From Squalus acanthias (Eukaryota): 64,000 bases of DNA. The DNA lies in contig CM059432.1 of assembly GCA_030390025.1 (NCBI GenBank), forward strand, positions 61,258,001 to 61,322,000, read 5' to 3'. Positions 1 through 10,721 of the stretch are shown here, one piece after another (within the stretch, counting starts at the first letter, position 1; the number at the start of each line of letters is the position of its first letter). The notes beneath the pieces are model-generated. The model made no database searches. It had not been told where the DNA came from and worked only from the letters and a program-made list of their open reading frames with translations. Made by a program: the position numbers and the translations under genes.

Positions 1-157
1 TTCGCCACTGACTGCAAAATCTGGGACAATATCACTGCTGCTGGGAAAGGTGCATTCATATTCATTAATCTGTACATCGGGACATTGACTGAATAGCATC
101 CTTTGCATTTCAGATTTCATTATTGTGTGCAGGAATACATAGGGCTACACTTGAAGT

Positions 158-361
158 GTCGACCGTGACTCAGTGGTAGCACTCATGCCTCTGAGTCAGG
201 AGGTTGTGAGAATGAAGTCCCACTCCAGAGATTTTAGCACAAAATCCAGACTGATACTCCCAAGGGAGTGCTGCACCGTCGGTGGTACTTTTCAGATGCG
301 ACATTAAACTGAAGCCCCCTTTTCCCTCTCAGGTGGAGGTAAAAGATCCCATGGCACTATT
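158..361 (+). mobile_element. SacSINE1-like Deu-domain SINE, 5' part (tRNA-derived head + Deu core)
   Basis: Head ccgtgactcagtggtagcact...gagtcagga followed by Deu-domain-like tttcagatgcgacattaaactga...ctctcaggtggaggtaaaagatcccatggcactat; family recognised from memory. Confidence 0.8.
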
Positions 362-1440
362 AGATTTAAACTCAGATTTAAATCCATCATCTGCTTTGAA
401 AGTGGACCTAATTACATTAATACTAAAACATGTTGTGAATTATGGGTGACTAGACTTTTGACATTTAAGTCTTTTGGACATTTCCCAGTATTTTTATAGA
501 GCTACATCTAAGCCTACTTATATTATGTATGTACTCTCGGATGTCTGCAGTAGAGTTTGGCTACAAATAAGGAAAATTAGTATTCCACTATACATCTGCT
601 CTATAGATTCAATACGTTATGCAAGAGGCTAAGGAACAGGTAAATGAAATAGAAACTGTAGAAAGGAACTCAATTTAGGGAAATGAAGGAGGATGGAAAT
701 CATCCACAAGTTATAATCCCTGCCATTGCATCCATATAGCAGACACTGCTAAATTTGATCTATGTTTGATATCATTAACATTGAAACTATGGGACAATGT
801 CCTTAGAATGCTGGAAAGATGGTTAAGGAGATCTGTGCCTGTATCGAGGTCTCAATTAAACACTCAGGCCTCCTAGGGGGCACATTTCTCTAGAAACACC
901 TAGTTTGACTGTGCGATGAAGATACAAGTGCAGAGGTGAGGAGAAGCCTTTACCACACTACACAATCAAAGAGCATGTTTGAAGTTATCTGTGGACATTG
1001 ATTTTAATAGTTCTGACCAGGTATTGCATTAATCTAGAGATAAATGGGCTGGGGCAGGAGAGAAAATTGGGGCTGGAATTAAAATTATAGACTTGACAGG
1101 TATAAATATTTTATATATCCATCATATTTTTAAGATTGGTAGCTCCTGTTAACTTTCCATTGAAAAGTTCTATGTCAACAGTCCCGATGGGGTTTTCAAT
1201 GTAATTTTATCCACACCTATGTTGTTACATCGAGTGATGCCTGCCCTGTCATGCTTTTCTCTCTGATGCTGGAATACTTTAAGAACTGTTTTCAGTCCAC
1301 ACGCAGTTGCAGGCTTTGGCCACCAAGTGTTACTGTAGAGCATTCTTTGTTTTGTCAAGGTTAATTGTAACCTCCACCTTGGTTTTCTATAGTGCGAAGT
1401 CGCACAACACCAGGTTATAGTCCAACAGTTTTATTTGAAA

Positions 1441-1478
1441 TCACAAGCTTTTGGAGCTGCTGCCCCTTCGTCAGGTGA
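1441..1478 (-). ncRNA. Minimal hammerhead-like motif with mutated core (GAAA -> AAAA)
   Basis: Minus strand reads tcac-CTGACGA-aggggcagcagctcc-AAAAGCTT-gtga. Confidence 0.65.
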
Positions 1479-2244
1479 AGTGAAGGAATACGAATCAGCA
1501 AAGCATATATAGACAGAGAACCATGCCTGTGTAGCGTACAATGTCAGACGACTAGTTAATCTTTCTGACTGCCTTTTATCACACCTCGGCAGAGAAATAA
1601 TCAGGGTCAGTCAGGAAGGCATTATATCAAAGACATAGCAAGATACAACTAAGACAATGAGGTGGGGTCACAGGGGGTCTAATGTGTCAAATGCAGTCTG
1701 TATGGAAAACCATAAACTTTAAAATTTTTACTTTTATTTTTACTGGAAATCACATCTGTGAACAAGCCAACGACGACTCAAGTCTGGATGACTCTACGTC
1801 ATGTAGCGTGACATGAACCCAAGATCCCGGTTGAGGCCGTCCTCATGGGTGCGGAACTTGGCCAAGTTCCGCACCCATGAGGACGGCCTCAACCGGGATC
1901 TTAGGTTCATGTCACGCTACATGACGTAGAGTCATCCAGACTTGAGTCGTCGTTGGCTTGTTCACAGATGTGATTTCCAGTAAAAAAAAGTAAAAATTTT
2001 AAAGTTTATGGTTTTCCATACAGACTGCATTTGACACATTAGACCCCCTGTGACCCCACCTCATTGTCTTAGTTGTATCTTGCTATGTCTTTGATATAAT
2101 GCCTTCCTGACTGACCCTGATTTATCACACCTCGGCAGAGAAACAAAGGCAGTCAGAAAGATTAACTGTAGTTGTCTGACATTGTACACTACACAGGCAT
2201 TGTTCTCTGTCTATATATGCTTTGCCAATTCGTATTCCTTCACT

Positions 2245-2282
2245 TCACCTGACGAAGGGGCAGCAGCTCCGAAAGCTTGTGA
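2245..2282 (+). ncRNA. Minimal PLE-type hammerhead-like motif, intact core
   Basis: tcac-CTGACGA-a-ggggc agca gctcc-GAAA-gctt-gtga: stem I TCAC/GTGA, stem II GGGGC/GCTCC, palindromic AAGCTT in place of helix III. Confidence 0.75.
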
Positions 2283-2844
2283 TTTCAAATAAAACTGTTG
2301 GACAATAACCTGGTGTTGTGCGGCTTCTCACTTTTGTCCACTCCAGTCCAACACCGGCATCTCCGCATCTTGGTTTTCTATGACAGATAAGAATATCAGG
2401 TCTTTTTCTGTTTTAATTTGTTTTTTTCCCACTCAAAATTGCCTCCAGATACCTTCCCTCCTGAACCCGAGAGCACTTCAAGCCTCAGCTTTTGGACTGC
2501 CTGCCTTGTCTCCCCACTCCCTAAAGGTTCCAAATGTTGGTCCTGTTGGTCTTCCTCTGCTGCTCTTCCCAACTGAACTATTCTCGTCACGGTTCCCTGC
2601 ACATGCCATGGCCCAATTCTGGAAAAATTTAGCAGGCCTGCTCTGACCCTGGCCCAACTTTTTGGTCCTCCTGATGCCAGCTCAACTCTTTCAAGACGAT
2701 CCGAATCTTTCGCTCATCCTCATTTAGGACTTTACGTATAACACATAGCTTTGCTCCTTGCTTTTTATGTGCCTTCGCTTGTGAATGTGTTTCAGCTACT
2801 CCACAAGGTTGGAATGGCAACAGAACCCCAAGCAAGAAGCAGTG

Positions 2845-3062
2845 TACCACATTTTTACAACAACAGCACTGACCTGCTCCTAAGGGCTATGTAGAAAAGC
2901 ATGGATGTGCTATTCCCTGCCTGAGGGAGAAAAGTGAGCAAGACAGTGGGCCAAAAGCAGTAGCCGGAAGTGGTGAAACAGTGATTCCAGCAGCACTGTA
3001 CACCGTACATGGCTACTGTGCCAGGACAAATTCAATGACCTCCACCAAAAGGGGCAAGGTAG
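2845..3062 (+). pseudogene. Old Harbinger Myb/SANT-like ORF remnant
   Basis: Degenerate translation PHFYNNSTDLLLRAM*KSMDVLFP ... RTWLLCQDKFNDL resembles the Myb ORF of the Harbinger copy at 36251. Confidence 0.5.
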
Positions 3063-3865
3063 GTTACTAGCTAGCTACACACTTTGGGGATTGGATTCTG
3101 TCCATTATTCTTCGAAAACCGTACCTGGGTGTCCTTTGTACATATTCCTTTACCAATGTATTAAAGTTTTATCCTTTATAAGTGTTAAAACGGAGAATAC
3201 GCAGAAAGATGGTATTCAAGAAATTAGATATCTCCTATTCAGCAGGACTGAGTAGGAGGAGTGGGCTTAGCTGCACTGGGGTGGACTTGCATTTTAATAA
3301 CACTAGAGATGGTCCTGGGCTTTGGCAGAACTGTTGTGGGATTTCCGTAGATTGTCATCATTGTGGTGGGGCTGCTAAGATTTGGTAGCATGGAGGGGAC
3401 ATCCTTAACTCTGGCATCAGTGCAGAGGGAGAACTTGAGGTTTGACAGAACTGGGGGGATTTAATGTCAAGTATGGCTCACTAGTGGATTCCTGCCATCT
3501 ATCAGCAGTGAGGGGAGGGAGAAGGCATACATGTCTGGCAGCACTGTTTTGTAACTTTCTAAGATATCTCTGCAAACATTAAAATTGTTTTTTTCGTGAT
3601 TCGTTCCTTTAAGTGTATCTCTGTGCCTGTCTGTCTCTCTCTATCTGTGTCTCATGGGTGTCATTAATTAGAATATTTATATTTTGAACCATCAACAAAA
3701 TAATGGTGACAATCAGATGATAATTAAATGCTCCGTTTGCTTTCAAAATTCAACATTTTTTTTACGAAAGAGCTCAAGATAGAACAAGGAAAGACACTCT
3801 GGTAGATCTTGAGTTTGTGTGATAGTGTAAAATAGGCAATAGCATGTCGGCAGCCCGTTTTACAT

Positions 3866-4067
3866 CTCTCAATCAACATCATTAAAAAACAGAATATCTG
3901 GTCATTATCACACTGTTTGTGGGAGCTTGCTGTGCGCAAATTGGCTGCTGTGTTTCCTACATTACAACAGTGACAACACTTCAAAAAGAACTTAATTGGT
4001 TGTAAAGCACTTTGGGACGTCTGGTGGTCGTGAAAGGTGCTATATAAATGCAAGTCTTTCTTTTTTT
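3866..4067 (+). mobile_element. SacSINE1-like SINE, 3' part
   Basis: aaacagaatatctggtcattatcac...gcaaattggctgctgtgtttcctacattacaacagtgac...gctatataaatgcaagtctttct. Confidence 0.85.
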
Positions 4068-4399
4068 CCTAAATTTTGTCAGCGCCCCAAACCGGGCGTG
4101 ATTCCGGCGTCGTGCAGTGACAGCGCACCAGAACGAAGAGGTCCAAGGACTGCCCTAAATTCATTCTCTAACCTCGTCATAATTTAGGCGAATTGCGAGT
4201 GCCAATAGGGCACCTCGACACAGCTCAAGTGTGAGCATAACCAATTTCAGCCGACACCAAAGCCCACAGGCAAGTCTGGGAGGAATCGAGGCAATTGGGA
4301 AAGGGGCGAGGGTGGGCCAGCAGCAGCTGTTTTGTGGAACCAAGTGGAGCTAATCCTTAGATGTGCCCAAAATTTATTTTTAATTGTTTAAATTGTAAT

Positions 4400-4700
4400 G
4401 AGTACGATAATATAGTAGTTATGCTACTAGATTAGTAATCCAGAGGCCTTGAGTAATAATACAAGAATATGAGTTGAAATCCCATCATGCAGTTTGTGAA
4501 TTTGAATTCATTTCAAGAAATTTTTAAGTAAAAAGAGACCATGAAGTTGTTGGATTGTCATAAAACCCAACTGGTTCACTAATGTCCTTCAAGGAAGGAA
4601 ACCTTCCATCCATGGAGTCTGTGACTCCATTCCCATGCCAACATTCAAGTTTACCAGCCCACTCAATTTCACCAGGCTAACATAACCCAAGAGAATGCCC
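4400..4700 (+). mobile_element. Degraded tRNA-derived shark SINE (second family)
   Basis: actagattagtaatccagaggcc...gagttgaaatccca...aaaacccaactggttcactaatgtccttcaaggaaggaaac. Confidence 0.6.
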
Positions 4701-6629
4701 TGAGAGTGCATTCACTTCTCATCAGCCTCTTTTCAGACCAATCATGGATGATCTTTTTTCTAATCTGTAGTATTTCTTATATTTTGTCAAATACCCTGGA
4801 AACTGAAAACAATAAACAGAAATTTTGTTTATTCTATGGTAGCTTATCTTTTGGAAATATTAATAACCTCCACTGTTTAGATCTTTGCACATTTGATTTG
4901 TGAATTGTAATTCTTTCCAAGCGATAAGTTAAAGAAAACTAACAGAAATGAATGCTGATCAAAGTACCTAAAAACTAATACAGAGCACAAAAAAGTACAT
5001 AAAAACTAGTTCACAGTCACAAGTGCCTAAACAAGACATAGAGAATGAGTTCACATTGAGCCAAAGGAACACAGCTATAAAATGGGAGACATGTATGGGT
5101 GCCTCCAAATTTAGTGTTGCTTTAATGTTACAGCACTGCAGTGCATTCTAATAGTACCATAGTAAAATGAACAAAGCAATTCTAGTATCTATTGTGGCAG
5201 CGAATGCCATATCAAGACATCTTTCCCAGGACTACTGGTGAGACTTTGCCACCAGTAGAAAATATAAACTGGTGCCACTGAATGCCACATGCTGGCATTT
5301 TGTTCTGAATGTTCAGCTTACCCATAAAGACCAGTAGTGTGGGTTTTGCAGTGATAAGCCTACCTCAGGCATGAGCAATCACAGTATAGGCAGGGCAAGT
5401 TTTCAAGAGCGCCAGCAACGTCTCAACATGATTTGTCACATTTATATGTGAAGTGGCTGCTGAACTTGAATACTTATACAGCTGAGAGAATCTGATTTCT
5501 CAAAAAAAAACATTCTTGAGAAACCAAAGTGAAGGGCCAAGGCACATAGTGAGGAAACCACCAAAGCTGGAAAGGGTAAAATTGAAGGCATGGTAAATCA
5601 GGAAATAGTAATTACATGGCATAAAGCTTGGCTTTTAAAAACTTGAAAATTGTAGCAGAAAGGAAACAATTTGAGAGGTAAGGAGTTCCAGAGTTTTGAG
5701 ATCTTGCAAAAGACGAGCCCAGTGTGAGACTGTGCAGTAAGTATTGATTTGAACACTGTGCAGATATAACAAAAAGTGTAAGCATGATGAAGGACTGGAG
5801 CTCAGAAGAAACAAGAAAGGAATGAAAAGAAAAGCTAAAATTTGCAAACCATACGCTTTGCTCGTAACATATTATAGACCAAACTTTTTCAACTAAATTA
5901 AAACACACATACTATACAATAAGTTAATTCTCATAAGTTTTAAAACCTATGGATATTTACTGTCAGTGGTAGGCAATTTGTTAATCTTATATTTTATTAC
6001 ACGAGTACATCTCCCGTGCCACTGCTCACAGATGGACCAGTCTAGGGCCTGGATCTTGGTTTTTTATTTTTTATTGCGGCATTGCTGTGAGGTTCGGAAT
6101 TTCTGTTCCTGCTATGGTCCTAACTCAAGCACTGGCAACGCTCCACCGAGTCGTTCCTGGAATCTTAACCAATGAGGGGGAGGAGGAAAAGACACTTAAC
6201 CAGTTAGAAAGAAGAAAACTTATTTATCTGGATCTTTCAAGTTACATATGGTTTGCAATACTCTATGATGACATAGTAATACTGCAAGTACCAGGCAGTC
6301 AATGTTTCCCAACAAGACATCTGCTCGTAGTTTGATTCGCTTTTCTTTGTCAACCACATTTACGATATTACATTAAATCCAGTTAGGGTGTGCGTTTAAT
6401 TTTATAGTTTTTTTGTGATTCAGAAAACTTATAAAACGATATACATGTTCAAATCACAATTTCACGGCCTTGTATTGCAATACGTATTGTATCCAAATAC
6501 ATAATCGGAATTTAAGTTTCCTAGCACATGATGCAGTTCCCCTCAGCACTGCTTCAAACTGCTAAATATTTTAGTTCCCAAATAGCAGAAACTGACTGAG
6601 GGGAAAAAAACAATGAATGGAATAGCTGT

Positions 6630-7100
6630 GGAGATCGTTGCATGATCGCTAATTACTTGAGGCCGCTTTATCATTGTTACCTCAGTTCCATTATCAACAC
6701 ACAAACCCAGCAGGTCCCCCTTTAACTGTTCTCATTTCAAATAAACCCCTGCTTCTCGCCTCACTCGAACAAAATCTTCAAATCGCAAGAAGCGAATTCA
6801 GCGATATACTCAAAACATGCATCTTACTTCATGCAGAAGGACGTCGTTTCCGAATAATGCATTGTATCAATCCTGAAAGGGTAAAGGCTGGTATCTGTTA
6901 CAGATAAAAGATACACTGTATTCACTTTCACTGCATCTGTGTGAGGGTGACAGGCACGGGGGAGGGGAGCGCCGGTGACATCACTGCTCGGTGACGCTAA
7001 CCTCCTCCAAGTGAAGGAGCAGGACACTGAAGCAATAACCAGGGAAAAGGCGTTACTGAATCTGTCTTGCAATAATAACCACTGCTACCGCCGCAGTCGG
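6630..7100 (-). promoter_or_regulatory. Candidate intronic promoter and first exon of the host gene
   Basis: Locally CpG-enriched and TE-free. GGGGGAGGGG 6958-6967, TGACATCA 6976-6983, TGACGC 6992-6997; minus-strand donor AA|GTAAGA at 6828/6827. Confidence 0.4.
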
Positions 7101-7742
7101 CTCAATTGTTAGCCAGAAAGAGTTAATAATTACCCAGATATCACTTATATATTAGCTATTTTAGCACCACAATAGCGTTGTGCAATGTGTCAAGTTAACG
7201 TAATTTCAAAATCAAGCAACTCAATGTCAGCAAATCAATATATTTTACACTTTCTGTCCATTGCTCTAATTCAACCATCAAATCCTCTACGAAATGGTTC
7301 CATAAAAATTGTTTGCAAAAGAAATTAAACAGCAAAATGATTTGTACCATGTGTCACCCAATGCCACCATGTCACCAGCCACACATTCACCCTCACTTTA
7401 TACATCTCCAATGTCAAAAAGATGCAACCCAATAGTGACTTAAAAATCTAGATGATCTAGGGATGACAATTTTTAAAGAAATATGTTTCAAGATAAGGCC
7501 TTACAAAGAATGTGTCAAAAATATAACTCTGCATTTAATTTTTCTAAAACAAATATTTTATCCCCAGAAACTCAGCAGGAATGGACTGGTTTCCCTTACA
7601 GGTTTACAATATTCTACTGGATTTCTGATGCTATGGAAAGACAGATCCATCCGTGAGTCACTGTGCGTTGTGGAACAATGTAACCTCTTTGTGTATCTCA
7701 ATGCAAAAAAAAAACCTAGCTGTGTTTATTTAATGGACTTAC

Positions 7743-7910
7743 AATCTGGGTCACGATTTCTACAGAAAAACTTATATCTCCATTGGTCTGACCTTGGCAG
7801 TAGTGAAAACATGATTTTTGTAGCCTAGCTTCAATTCTGCACAACTCGAGCATGTTTAGCAATGAGCAGTAAAGAATGCTGGGAGTCAAGGCTAAGCAGC
7901 AATGCATCAT
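7743..7910 (-). CDS. Candidate alternative first coding exon (MMHCCL...SVEIVTQI), phase-0 donor
   Basis: Open frame (also open from ATG 8057) ending at ATT|GTAAGT at 7743/7742, the same phase as the donor of the 54210 exon. Confidence 0.3.
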
Positions 7911-9310
7911 GGGGCCAACAGTCCTTTGATTGAAAAAGTACTCCAATAGTAAATTTTTCAACCATTTTAATAAGACTCTAATGAAACCACAGGTCCATGT
8001 GGTATTTCTAAGTACAGCAATAAAAAAAAGTATTATCCAATACAGTGCACCTTCCATATTTATTTCCACAATTCTGGTGCAGCCACCTGACCGCCATCAA
8101 TCTTTGAAAAGTCTGAAATCTGGATCTTTTTATCTGATATTTTAAACTAACGCCAATTGGAAGATCCAGGCTCAAGAATCCAGCCGTGGAGCGCATCACA
8201 GAAAAATGCTGAATAGCAGCAGTGCAAACCCAATTTTAGAAATTAAGCGCTGTAATGCTATCATGGTCAGCACATTCTTGATGGGGGAGGGTGGCCTGCT
8301 AGCATGCAAAGAAGGTGTAAAAAAATGGTACCCCATCGCTCACAGTATCAACACTGTGAGTAAGTGAAATTGCATTTTTATTACAATTATTTAATTCTAT
8401 CATTGTATACAAGGGACTAATAATCAGCTTCATTCACAGAAAACATTTCTAATTTAGCTTATTTCTAATAAATAGTTGCAACAATTAGTCGTTTTGTCTT
8501 AGTTAGGTGTCCGAGGGAAGGGTCAAGTCATTCAATTCAAATATAAAGAAACATCTTCTGGGATTGATTCAACTTATTTTTAATTGGCTTCTTCTTTTTT
8601 GAGTTTAACAGAGAGATATTTAAATCTGTTTGGTCATGTTACTTTATGGAAAATACTTCTCAGCCAGACTGATTCAACAGACTGCTTCAAATCAGAGAGT
8701 CCATCTAAAGTCTTTGGAGAGTGATAGCCAGGCAAAATAGCTGCTGTGGAAGGTAAGAAAAGAAAAAGAACCACCATTTAAGAAACCATAGTTTAGCACA
8801 GCAGTCACAACTATTAGTTATTTCCTACTTACACAAAGAAATATTAAATAACTATTGTAAAACTCTGAAATTTGTGTCTGCTACTGTTCACTCATTCTTT
8901 TACTGTTTAATAAATTAGTGTGGCAGTTAATGCCTAAATCAAGGTCTAGTGTAATGTTATTCAGCCACCTTCCAAAGTCAGCGAAGATGACTTGAGGGCA
9001 CGTGATAAATCCAGAAAACCAAAACAAAGTGGAGAGTTCTCTGTTCAATTCCAAGGCATTGTATAAATACACCTAGATAACTGCAAGTGAAAGCACTCTC
9101 TGGGATATCGGCAGCAAGGACTCACACATGTGTTGACAGGGTAGATGCTGAGAGGTTGTTTCCCCTGGCTGGAGTGTCTAGAACTAGGGAGCATAGTCTC
9201 AGGATAAGGGGTAGGCCATTTAAGACTGAGATGAGGAGGAATTTCTTCACTCAGAGGGTTGTGAATCTTTGGAATTCTCTACCCCAGAGGGCTGTGAATG
9301 CTGAGTCTTT

Positions 9311-9989
9311 GGGGGAAAAATTCGGTTGCATTGCACCTCCCGTTAGCGCCCTAAGAGGGTGCTAACGGGGCGCAAAGCAACTAGTGCCCGGGCGCAGCGC
9401 CGCCAACGCCTCCTGCGAAATTCAGCGGGAGGTTAGCAGCAGCGTGCGCAGCGCCCCAGCCGCGATCTTCAGTAGCGCCCCCTGACTTACCGCCGGACGC
9501 CATGTCCGACGGGGTCAGGGGGGCCTACCTGTGGCCAGGGCAGCACTATTTAAAGGCGAGGTGCCAGGCGGCCATTTTTGTCGCTGGCCACCTGCCAGCA
9601 CCTGCCTCCGCTGCCCTCCCCGGCCTCCTGACCCGCCCCCCCCGCGGAGTGCCGGCTGCACTCCATGAGCCCGGCACTTCTCTTGAGTGCCGGGCTCTTT
9701 TGCCGGCACTCCGATCCCCGGTGGCCCAGCTGGGCCCCTGGTCGCGCTGCGCAAGGCCCCTCCCCTTTAAGAAGGAGAGGAAGGCCTACAATACCATGGC
9801 ACGCAGCGCCGCAATATTTCCTCGCAGCGCCCCAAGAGGGAGGCGGGACGCTTCCAGTAGCGCCCCGCTTCCCTCTTGGGGCGCTACCACTCAATTTCGG
9901 CCGCGGGGGCGCTACTTTTTCCGGGGCACTATAAGTAGCGCCCCGGCGAAGTTAGTGCCCCAAAGGGGGCGCAACTCAATTTTTCCCCC
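9311..9989. mobile_element. Harbinger-type non-autonomous element (MITE family A)
   Basis: TIR gggggaaaaatt/aatttttccccc, 3-bp TSD ttt (9308-9310, 9990-9992), CpG-rich; related copy at 25132-26025. Confidence 0.85.
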
Positions 9990-10004
9990 TTTGAGTATAT
10001 TCAA

Positions 10005-10143
10005 TGATGCGGAGATGCCGGTGTTGGACTGGGGTGGACAAAAGTGAGAAGTCGCACAACACCAGGTTATAGTCCAACAGTTTTATTTGAAATCACAAGC
10101 TTTCGGAGCTGCTGCCCCTTCGTCAGGTGAAGTGAAGGAATAC
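10005..10143 (-). mobile_element. Short Penelope 3' fragment with intact hammerhead-like motif (10093-10130)
   Basis: Same family as 1391-2368; 12-bp TSD gagtatattcaa at 9993-10004 and 10144-10155. Confidence 0.85.
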
Positions 10144-10721
10144 GAGTATATTCAAGGCTGAGATAGATAGATTTTTGGACTCATGGGGAATCAAGGGATA
10201 TGGAGATCGGGCAGGAAAATGGAGTTGAGGTCGATGATCAGCCATGATCTTATTGAATGGCGGAGCAGGCTTGAGGGGCCGGATGGCCTACTCCTGCTCT
10301 TATTTCTTATGTTCTTATGTTCTTATGGGAGTGGATGATGACGTTGACCCCCAAAAAGTTAAGTATCCCAAAAATGTAAGAGCATTATGAGATTGTTAAC
10401 AGCAGTATGAAAATTAAATCATTCAATTGTTATTTTCTGTTCCTTTAGCTGTCTTACCATTTTTTTTTTAAAGTCCAGAGGAAAATGCAAAGCTAGTTGG
10501 GAAGATGTTCCATATTAAAGGCAAGAAATGTAGTAGGTTAATGGAGAGGGAAGGGGTCACGTGGTTTAACAGTGTCAGGAGGTGGAAGTAGTACAAACGT
10601 CTGGAAGAAGTGGTAGGAGATGGTGGAGTGTGGGAGAAGCAGAAGTATTGGGGGCTGGGTGTGATAAAATTAAGGAGTTCCAACTTTGTTTAGCCTTGTA
10701 TAGGCTCATTTAATTCAGTTA

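Larger units (their letters stand above)
1391..2368. mobile_element. Penelope-like element 3' end as a perfect inverted duplication, with 13-bp TSD
   Basis: 1391-1861 is the reverse complement of 1862-~2331 (centre ttgg|ccaa). Right arm encodes a PLE-type C-terminus AKFRTHEDGLNRDLRFMSRYMT*. TSD cttggttttctat at 1378-1390 and 2369-2381. Confidence 0.9.
9130..10328 (+). mobile_element. CR1 LINE 3' end, interrupted by a MITE and a PLE fragment
   Basis: DRVDAERLFPL...RRNFFTQRVVNLWNSLP, then 3'UTR and (ttcttatg)n tail. Confidence 0.9.

Noticed and set aside
158..240. tRNA-like sequence
   Set aside because: SINE head continuing into Deu-domain sequence, not a tRNA gene
361..3866. Single SINE split by 3.5 kb of insertions
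   Set aside because: About 45 bp of consensus is missing and no TSD links the halves; could be independent fragments
9502..10047. 181-aa ORF
   Set aside because: Lies in a GC-rich MITE and runs across the MITE/CR1/PLE junctions; no recognisable domain
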